The position numbers were made by a program, and so were the translations under genes. Below, in pieces: positions 47,001 through 50,310 of a stretch of 64,000 nt of DNA. Every line of letters starts with the position of its first letter. The first letter of the stretch is position 1. Below the pieces are notes generated by a model. The model was not told the origin of the DNA and made no database searches. It saw nothing but the letters and a program-made list of their open reading frames with translations. This DNA is from an uncultured Bacteroidales bacterium (GTDB lineage: Bacteria; Bacteroidota; Bacteroidia; Bacteroidales; JAAYJT01), in contig CAYQRU010000001.1 in the NCBI GenBank assembly GCA_964419945.1, positions 29,441-93,440 on the forward strand, read 5' to 3'.

Positions 47001-48787
47001 TTTGCAGCGATCAGACTTATCAGCTAAGTGGGCTTGTTGAAAATGCAGATTCGTTTGCATGGTCAACCTCCGGAACAGGTACATTTGATAACAATCAGGT
47101 CCTTAATCCGGTTTATACACCCAGCCTGGCCGATAAGATTACAGGTGTGGTTCATCTCACACTTACAGCACAGCCACTGCATCCCTGTGCTCCTGTTGCT
47201 ACAGATGTGATGACGCTATATATCACTCAAACCGTTGTAAATTCAGTAAGCGTCAGGGCATCAGCAAATTATATCTGTTCCGGAACAAATGTTGTCTTTA
47301 CAGCTACACCGATTAATGGAGGTTCACAACCAACCTACCAGTGGAAACTGAATGGTGAAGTTGTCGGAACAAATAGCATCATTTATGAAAACAGTAATCT
47401 CTCTGATGATGATGTTGTACAGGTCGTGATGATTTCTTCCCTGCCATGTCCACGCCCGGAAGAAGCCATTTCGAATGCAATAACCATGATTGTATATCCT
47501 TTGATTCATCCTGAGGTAACTCTCACTGCAACTGCCACTGAAATTGTTGAAGGGACCAATGTGATATTCACAGCCACGCCAACCAACGGAGGTATCGAAC
47601 CTTTTTATCAGTGGTTACTTAACGGCAATGCAGTTGGGAGTTATTACAACACATTCGAAAGCAATACCCTGCAGCACGGCGATCAGATTCAGGTATTGAT
47701 GGATTCAGATCTTCCCTGCGCCGTTAATCCTGCCGTTTCGAATATAATTCAGATGACGGTGAATCCTGATACTACTGTGCGATGTCCGGCTGTTGTGGTG
47801 ACTTCAATATACCATCCTCCTTTCCTGCTTGAGGTTTCATTACCTGAAGGCGGTACCTATAGCGGACCGGGTGTAAGCGGTAATATATTTAATCCGGTTA
47901 CGGCAGGTTTGGGAATCCACGTGATAACATACACCTATATCAATCCGGAAACCAACTTTACCAAGAACTGCAACTTCCCACTGGTTGTCAATGATTTGCC
48001 TTTGTCAGTGCCACTTCAAAACATGCTTGTTTCGCATTACAGTGATGTATGTTTTGCAGCCATGCAGACGATAAGCCTTGCCGGTGATGGAACCTACTTT
48101 ATTATTGCTGATAATGCGCAAGCAGAATTTACTGCTGGCAAAAATATTTTATTGCTGGAGGGAACACACGTCAATGCTGGCGCACATGCGATCTTCAGGA
48201 TCGAAACAGGCAACGGCTTTTGCGAACCACATCAGACTCTGGTGCTTCAAAACCACACGCTTACGGGCACGGTTGATACCTGCTTCGCTTCACAGGAGGT
48301 GATATCCCTTGCTGGAAATGGAACAATCTTCATTGTTGATAATGGTGTAATAGCTGAATTTGAAGCCGGAAAACTTATCAGTATGAACGATGTAACACAT
48401 GTTAAAGCCGGAGCTTATGCCCTCTTCAGGATTGAAACCGGTGATGACTTCTGTACCAATTCACGTTCTGTTGTTGCTGGGAGCGATGTAAAACCTGAAG
48501 AAAAAATTATCGGGGACATGAACCACTACCCAAATAGCGCTTTTGAACCTCAGCCTTTCATAATATATCCGAATCCAACCACCGGAATTTTCAACATTGA
48601 ATTTTCTGAACCGGTTACAGATGCTTTCATCGGAATTTATACCATGTTAGGCCAGAAGGTTCTGATCCGGCATTCTGAAGGATCTTCGCACATTGAACTC
48701 AATCTTGCTGCCCAGCCGAAAGGCATTTACATCATTCGCGTTATACAGGGAGAAGCACATCATTCTAAACGGTTGATTAAAAATTAG
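32006..48787 (+). CDS. Giant secreted mosaic surface protein of 5593 aa. It is T9SS cargo and a paralog of the 4569-22604 product.
   Basis: The ATG start gives the signal peptide MNANNINIKNRLLSTIVLLMLIAGAQTAFSQ. By eye: 4 LamG units (2 of them nested inside another module); ~10 choice-of-anchor-D/ASH-like units (LNFGxVxxxxSxxxxLxIxNxGxxxLxI...FxP...G); one canonical PA14 (FQIKWIGKIYAESAGNYQFRSYTDDGLRLYIDGQPV); and CARDB. From 39897 onward it is colinear with gene A through Calx-beta, the Cys-rich linker, the core, Ig units, a duplicated pre-CTD module and the T9SS CTD (IIYPNPTTGIFNIEF...GIYIIRVIQG). Confidence 0.9.
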   Translation: MNANNINIKNRLLSTIVLLMLIAGAQTAFSQNFALNFDGNGDFVNFGNPSGLQITGNQTIEMWIYPTALDARRNPVAKAYGGEGTVTLETDGSLSYYYGTGGGNNNPYQGIGSTPIQANTWTHIAIVRDLTTMRLYWYINGNQVVHIPAQFSYAQSSTLPFYIGRGYVSDFKGMIDEVRIWNVARSASEIVAFKSVGLTGSESGLAAYWPFDEGSGTIISDNTSSGNNGTLNGNTGFVASTAPIIPYQPGGEPFEPVPPTGLPYTIVLSNLTINGEDISYGTQIAVFDDELCVGTTFYDGEPNQSLIAWEADPGQNLAGFTAGNPMSFKFHAAWYSEPVNFDADVTIMKGDGNFGYETFSVVNLNAITTLAPEIMLSAELMNFNAVIVNQSISLPLAFENTGTANLFIGSMQNNTTFFTRSATSLLIEPGTRDTLWITFTPLSVTTYSDILTFVTDDPGLPSVTIPLHGTGLPVPTPQITVTPLNLNFGSIAMNTSKTMVINILNSGNGNLLITNVTSSNTAFSVLGNTAFSLGQNENINVAMSFAPVQAGAYTGQLTIQSNAQNITVPLSGIALQGHFSVVSPTGKPYAVIVENVDIDGFSPLTTDEVAVFDGELCVGVGSYAQGGNSLQLSGNGYVINNNSNAFDLQQLTISAWVYSSNFNQNGFVFEKGPVNSQYSLFFEGSNINFRTYHTSGGYDDFYLNWSSIGIQNNKWNHITATYDGVHKRMYVNGQLKAILSYNKTLRTGQVGQIIGAYGGSGSNSYFFNGNIDEVRVWNHARSVFQIQKEMYRQLVGNEPGLVGYWNFNDGNINNLVAGSTPSYLSGNANTQGIQNIEILTKLMITAWEKDLQLGLPGYTSGNPMSFKVWTEVYDNWVEVETIPEYIVGDGNFGFGQLSIVNLEGTSGLQPDIDVAVENIYVGQVTVGSSVQSILQVTNQGNAPLQIYVSDNSDVFSTDIGNTTIAPLSATNIQVTFAPATAGGYAGLLTISANDPDQPTVTVGLEGFALPAGVANIATSVNSLNFGNVINGTSKTVSLFIINTGTSALTVSNITSGNAVFSVSPTAFTLPNTNDIREVFVTFQPGNKGLFSALLTISSNAPQKQISLSGIGFDNHFGITEPTGIPYTIIVQQTNLQGSILPGDELSVFDGGLCVGMVNSFTGSNTQSVRFNGSNAYLQVPNTASLNPAAITVESWVKTTDGGASRSILSKTNGCASSGYLMWLNQNGVGAGKPGFWVGDGPWLDANVTVHDGQWHHIAGTFDGTTARIYVDGVLSNSRVSTENLSSSNALQIGGSTYCGNLLNGNIDEVKIWNYVLTPQQVQQSMNSIPQANSAGLVGYWPFEGDFDDKSLSNHHTQVLGSPVFEIIAPQLLNELEMIIVAWQADPGNNLPGYTPGNPMSFKLWTGINGFPTELTASANYIIGDGTFGFGQFSIVNLDFNLPAINVDPEEIFVALAEPDSTEVTLTIYNTGTGDLRFSLPDPFTNGKFRASYYYSPGTGASPNFGTFMFEIDDEYIDSSWGNGGPGNGVGNDDFQIKWIGKIYAESAGNYQFRSYTDDGLRLYIDGQPVINQWYDMATTNHYGTVSLSQGFHDLEFHYYENGGWADAYLYWTPPGQAEELVPAANQSWMSISPSSGIIAPAQYVEITISFNSTGLIDGLYAADLLIVNNTSTQSPLVVPTLMNVTGTPQISSSLPEVNFGQVVVNSTLEKSLNIMNIGTQALIIQDIFVQDEINSGFTYQLNDKSFPLSIDPGQSIVTVIAFTPLLPGEVNDTLMILSNAGNAETYLIPLSGSGITPPEIFLTETVFELSYVCNDQFTDSLKIFNFGQDTLSVSMSSDQTWLATNPVQAHIAGGDSISVTIHISTLDLFAGVHEAFLSIQSNDPGQPLLEVLCTLTVTGDPAILCNDFLNMGSANIGDTLVGQLTVANSGCDVLEVFSVGIQSQFPVFSVLNPAFEVQPGDAAILQIAFVPLASNQYNAIITINTNDPATPAFDVVVSATGIEPPKLSVIPQNISEILQSGTTGQESFSVKNTGGQVLEFSTVKDPVNPFMLHLDGNGDYINVVHAPALNPTQEITLEAWIYLIDNVNEFIIGKENSTEGKYRLLVNSSSRLEFKLNNLHVITSNTVVVKNQWYHVAATFDGSTMRIFINGVQDVVQTFDPFTIEPNTDNLRIGRSYQFHYFYGRIDEIRIWSIARNQSEIQSAMYQHLLGSEPELLLYFPILNLTGSIVTDASNNPHNGILFGNPVILGATVPFTDYLTISNGNGNLTANQQQNVLLSLGTAGYFARNYQRQLSVSSNAVINPVQQVTLDFTIEGSSNIVPNPAQITFEDTYIGLMDTLELILPNSGAMAAGITEISFSSPVFSAPVPVSKVFPFSQRTLLIVFEPQLVQLYEATLTISTSDGKSQQIEIPLTGLGLSPPVPDFSPVAANFGQVVINNTSVVGITLSNLGNPPLEVYSYSFSDPAYFSSDLAVPFALNFEQQVQFNVSFTPLNYNAISESMVFNTNVGQVSLPLSGTGTPPDHDLAITQIISPQSGCGLSASEIVTVRIRNFGMLPQNNFDVAYSLNNGADVVETVNQTILSGDVLNYIFSQTLDLAVTGGYGLRAFTMLGSDQNKANDTLSVTITNSPSVGMISDMLPPDSTFSVSEPVVFSWNPAANATFYDLYLWRTNQQKPSIPTVSGITATTYTYLDYLNKNYLYKWQIVARNQCSQSLSPIHVFSFNVFSDLMVTSVDAPVTATSGQPVNISWNVKNFGTGGTGIIPWKDDVYLSPSTFFDVNTAVKVASLSNLSALVQGQSYTNTTTITLDPYLNGNHYVFVRTDVNNTIQEVNENNNIQRTENPMLVSLPPYPDLAVGNIQSLGGNIIPGQQLTVGWTVGNTGDASAIGGWSQRVAIVSDAQTYVLGFVQSIESLDPLVELNLSSTFMVPHQLGMDGEVYLQVRITPNPALIEKPNATANNTALSNQGVLLEQRLFLSLPQPTLPENAGSPIQCIVNRSGSRASALSVSFDVSQENRITIPASAIIPANQAGAAFQVAAINNTWIEGNIDVVITASAAGHPDAIANLAVIDDEVPSLNLNLSVGSANEGDTFQLTLTRDVVSANPLNVMLSVSKANQLVLPASMTIPANEASAVMSVEVINNSTPELTEAVAINASAVGFIPATANITILDEDIPQLSLTIIPSVVSEGAGPYASWATLQLNSPVIANLIVVISAETAGQLFFPSSVSFAPGQIQKQFNIGVVDNGILDGDRTVAVTAAVFISSCNCGAPPETGGADTQNINILDNDGLSLSVNSTPFLVPENQTNAGLLTITRNTTGGPPIAVNIQHNGPNEILLPSSAVIPEGATSVNVPFSTLDDGISDGDQVVTISVTSPDFTPGSCWIIVTDKNLPDYVAQELTLSQAEILINDSVGMSIWIANKGFAPAPANAEVRFYRSANNHLDNSDLLIATQNIPAILNLGDSVQIGAFYKPVDVVGNFFIIASVNMNGTITELIGINNTSSAVPFAILPDYTATASVAGDVFNGTAPIIITGTTQTVTRGPVPNKAVDVYVVVNGTRRVLNAVSDQNGTFSLNFIPLNGEGGAYHVGACYPGQNLDVAQDEFTILAARHNASGYIIWNMWLNETRDFTLELMNISPLGLNNLQLEVLSGPPGCIVNFTPLSLLPGNATALLNYSVTATEVTTGTLYEEVKLQLTSAEGTKFRFSAWFFSQATMGNLKLTPASLNKAMVTNAINYAEFEILNNGLAETGQITIQLPQANWLSLASPPTIESLMPGQKAIVTLKLMPGSDLQLNNPISGQIALSGTNSNSVLLPFLFEPVSLETGNLLVDVVDEYTYNTVAAPHLQGATVTLSHPYSGQVIAQGITDENGHFLAEGIYEGTYMLHVQAPQHASYQNIVFIEKGVTRTQLVFIAFQAITYTWQVVPTLIQDQYEIKLITVFETNVPAPVVEMNMPDTLPQLGVGEVFPFLLTLTNRGLITAQDVEITFPDDEEYMFIANVNTLDILPNTSVQIPVLMKRKPDVKLSGRSLNCTDITITKYKFECGPDNQMRVVAAWSIYLGRVCSGPGGPSIPFYWPVFPGGGGVGPGGPGGGSGPGWGPGLGPSTPYQSSNTGCDPCIAEALNCALDCINPIPPVLDCGADVYANGLNWSNGISCFWGLVDTFSGGSFGCAWCIGTTIGCFINQAIGNTKAAAGSRYPAELEQAFEDMEMLDKAFTAIENAAKETCGNDDLVVREFFGSFKDSVAQYIDTETPINLQAQNDLLIYFAGSDITESEILDFITYWNTTLQARALGVYSPSPEFPHIIDTLLLHHYQLQLDTVIQYTKARGYNSIDQLYNQAAEIYAGYLQAKNSAVCATVTVEFSQTLTMTREAFEGTLTIFNGHETDAMENIMLALEIKDEDGAIKNDLFQINTKSLNQISGIDGSGILEALTEGTAVITFIPERGAAPDVPKYYSFGGTLSYLDPFTGEIFEQQLFPVTLQINPSPDLYIDYFMQRDILGDDALTPDIEPMVPAELAVMIDNRGTGTAYSVNIESAQPRIIENEKGLLIDFQIVGSNLSGKPRQLGLLNVDFGDIPGGEIAIGQWWFTSTLLGHFISYEVSINHLNSFGNPDLSLVSSVQVHELIRGVSVYGPPDDSISDFLVNDIPDTHDIPDALYYSNGAIAQVYQATASQTDGQVNMSNLEIQLTVTPFTMGWNYTKLNDPGNGLFRIISCTRQDGQVIPLDNIWLTHVTIPDGGEPVYENKLHFLDYFSSTVPYSYTVVFEPGNLDVPEVVAITGIPAGITDTPVINIEVVFNKPIDPATFDYEDMVLSNQGGPNMMDNSVIVSQVNDTVFNVDISTKTTANGFYALTVQAAGIADLMGNFGQVGKQVTWVQALSTPAIVLFIGLPEDGHPIDSLLVMFNMPINPATFTTAQLVLTGPDGILIPAESLVISDASINNMLFKISGLLPLTSDDGNYQLLFKLTEIQGENGVSGLLDQPAQWTVCQVPPPAANAGENATICSDQTYQLSGLVENADSFAWSTSGTGTFDNNQVLNPVYTPSLADKITGVVHLTLTAQPLHPCAPVATDVMTLYITQTVVNSVSVRASANYICSGTNVVFTATPINGGSQPTYQWKLNGEVVGTNSIIYENSNLSDDDVVQVVMISSLPCPRPEEAISNAITMIVYPLIHPEVTLTATATEIVEGTNVIFTATPTNGGIEPFYQWLLNGNAVGSYYNTFESNTLQHGDQIQVLMDSDLPCAVNPAVSNIIQMTVNPDTTVRCPAVVVTSIYHPPFLLEVSLPEGGTYSGPGVSGNIFNPVTAGLGIHVITYTYINPETNFTKNCNFPLVVNDLPLSVPLQNMLVSHYSDVCFAAMQTISLAGDGTYFIIADNAQAEFTAGKNILLLEGTHVNAGAHAIFRIETGNGFCEPHQTLVLQNHTLTGTVDTCFASQEVISLAGNGTIFIVDNGVIAEFEAGKLISMNDVTHVKAGAYALFRIETGDDFCTNSRSVVAGSDVKPEEKIIGDMNHYPNSAFEPQPFIIYPNPTTGIFNIEFSEPVTDAFIGIYTMLGQKVLIRHSEGSSHIELNLAAQPKGIYIIRVIQGEAHHSKRLIKN
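39897..48787 (+). repeat. Colinear paralogous segment of ~8.9 kb (C-terminal ~2963 aa of giant B) matching 13953-22604. It carries one extra pre-CTD module copy.
   Basis: See the partner segment. The extra ~73-aa module lies at 48236-48455. Confidence 0.9.
48550..48784 (+). other. Type-A T9SS CTD of giant B.
   Basis: PQPFIIYPNPTTGIFNIEFSEPVTDAFIGIYTMLGQKV...KGIYIIRVIQGEAHHSKRLIKN. Confidence 0.85.
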
Positions 48788-48861
48788 AACGCTGATACCG
48801 TGTGATCCATTAGTAGTAATTTGCCTGAAAATCAGTTAAACCAGATAGTCCTGACATCTTT

Positions 48862-48892
48862 TCCTGCCTGGAGTGCATGATTCCAGGCAGGA
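48862..48892 (+). terminator. Strong hairpin 75 nt after the stop of giant B; likely transcription terminator.
   Basis: TCCTGCCTGGA (48862-48872), loop gtgcatgat, TCCAGGCAGGA (48882-48892). The stem is a perfect 11 bp and is followed by ttatat. Confidence 0.6.
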
Positions 48893-48941
48893 TTATATGA
48901 GAATATGATACAACGAAAGAAGCATTCAGGGTCAAAAATAG

Positions 48942-48949
48942 TATCTTTG
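48942..48949 (+). promoter_or_regulatory. Candidate -7 box (TAtcTTTG) for the TonB-C gene.
   Basis: It is an exact TAnnTTTG match 20 nt upstream of the ATG at 48969. No clear -33 TTTG was seen. Confidence 0.35.
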
Positions 48950-48968
48950 CCACGATAAAGCTGAATAC

Positions 48969-49403
48969 ATGACCGAATTTCAAAAAAAGAAAAGGTTCCT
49001 TGATCTTCCTCGTTATGGTGGGGGAAACGAGGAGTTCAGAAAATTTATTGCCGAAAATCTACGATACCCAAAAGAGGCACTCAAGGCAGGCATCGAAGGC
49101 AAAGTCTTGGTCGAATATGAAATTGACGATAACGGATTCGTACATAACCCGCGTGTACTCAATGGCATAGGACATGGATGCGACGAAGAGGCCATGCGGG
49201 TGGTTGCTTTGCTACGGTTTAAAAAAGTGAAAAACAGGGGAATGCGCGTTAGGGTTACCACAAAAACCAACATCAGTTTTAAACTTCCGGCTACAACTAT
49301 CAGTTACTCCATCACTCCAAATCCTGAACAGAAGAAAGCCCCGGATACCCCACCGCAACCAAAGAGCGGACACATTACTTACGAATATACCATCAACTTC
49401 TGA
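48969..49403 (+). CDS. TonB C-terminal domain-containing protein (stand-alone, 144 aa).
   Basis: RYPKEALKAGIEGKVLVEYEIDDNGFVHNPRVLNGIGHGCDEEAMRVVALLRF matches the TonB_C pattern (A...gieG.V.v.f.id..G.v....v....g.g.dea..a.r). A TAtcTTTG box lies 20 nt upstream. Confidence 0.7.
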   Translation: MTEFQKKKRFLDLPRYGGGNEEFRKFIAENLRYPKEALKAGIEGKVLVEYEIDDNGFVHNPRVLNGIGHGCDEEAMRVVALLRFKKVKNRGMRVRVTTKTNISFKLPATTISYSITPNPEQKKAPDTPPQPKSGHITYEYTINF

Positions 49404-49514
49404 ATCTGGACTAATGGTTCATGGTTCTTATCAGCATATGGCATATATATGGTAAATCGTTTCATGTGCATTTATAAAATTTCAAAATTTTAGTCTGCTT
49501 GAAATTTGCATTGC

Positions 49515-50066
49515 ATGCACTACCTACCGACATTACATACAGAAAGGCTTCTCCTCCGTCCATTTTCAAAAGCCGATGCACCAGCAGTTCAATTGCTGGC
49601 TGGGAATGAAAATGTTTCGGCTACCACCCTCAACATTCCTTATCCTTACCCTGATGGACTGGCAGCAGAATGGATTGCCACCCACGAAGAAGATTTCTTT
49701 CAGCAAAGATCACTCATTCTGGCGGTTTGTCTGAAGCCGGAACTTATGCTCATTGGGGCAATCGGTCTCATGATCAACCGGAGGCATGACCATGCCGAAA
49801 TGGGATACTGGATTGGCGAACCATACTGGAACCGTGGTTACTGCACTGAAACTTGCAGGGCCATTATTTCCTTCGGATTTTCTGAGTTGAAACTCAACAG
49901 GATTTTTGCACACTATTTCATCCACAATGTGGCCTCAGGCAAAGTTCTGCAAAAGTCAGGCATGACAAGGGAGTCGCACCTGCGAAGTCATGTAAGGCAC
50001 CAGGGACGATACCTTGACCTGGTTGGGTACGGAATCCTCAGGGATGATTTCTTACAGCAGTTTTAA
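49515..50066 (+). CDS. GNAT family N-acetyltransferase (RimJ/RimL-like, Acetyltransf_3 type).
   Basis: TERLLLRPFSKADAP...MGYWIGEPYWNRGYCTE...NRIFAHYFIHNVASGKVLQKSGM is the typical GNAT/RimJ-like pattern. The ATG at 49515 is preferred over the TTG at 49506 in the ORF track. Confidence 0.8.
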   Translation: MHYLPTLHTERLLLRPFSKADAPAVQLLAGNENVSATTLNIPYPYPDGLAAEWIATHEEDFFQQRSLILAVCLKPELMLIGAIGLMINRRHDHAEMGYWIGEPYWNRGYCTETCRAIISFGFSELKLNRIFAHYFIHNVASGKVLQKSGMTRESHLRSHVRHQGRYLDLVGYGILRDDFLQQF

Positions 50067-50310
50067 ATTACACTGAGCATTTTGATGAATGTATTCCTGG
50101 TTGCCTTTTGAAGGCATCCGGTATATAGACATTTAAGGTGATTCCGGATTTTTACATGCTTTGTTGAGCATTACGAATATCTTTTGAATTCGAATTTGTG
50201 CATATAAAGTAAATGCTTGATTTTAATCAGGTTATTTTATTAAGCGCCAATGAAACAATTCATTTTTTCCAATGAGTCGCAGCGCTGATGACAAATCCGG
50301 ATTGAAACAA

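Noticed and set aside
4569-48787. The giant proteins as polymorphic toxins (RHS/YD, CdiA-like).
   Set aside because: No YD/RHS repeats, FHA repeats or C-terminal toxin/immunity pair are seen. Both proteins end in a T9SS sorting domain, and the variable part is N-terminal.
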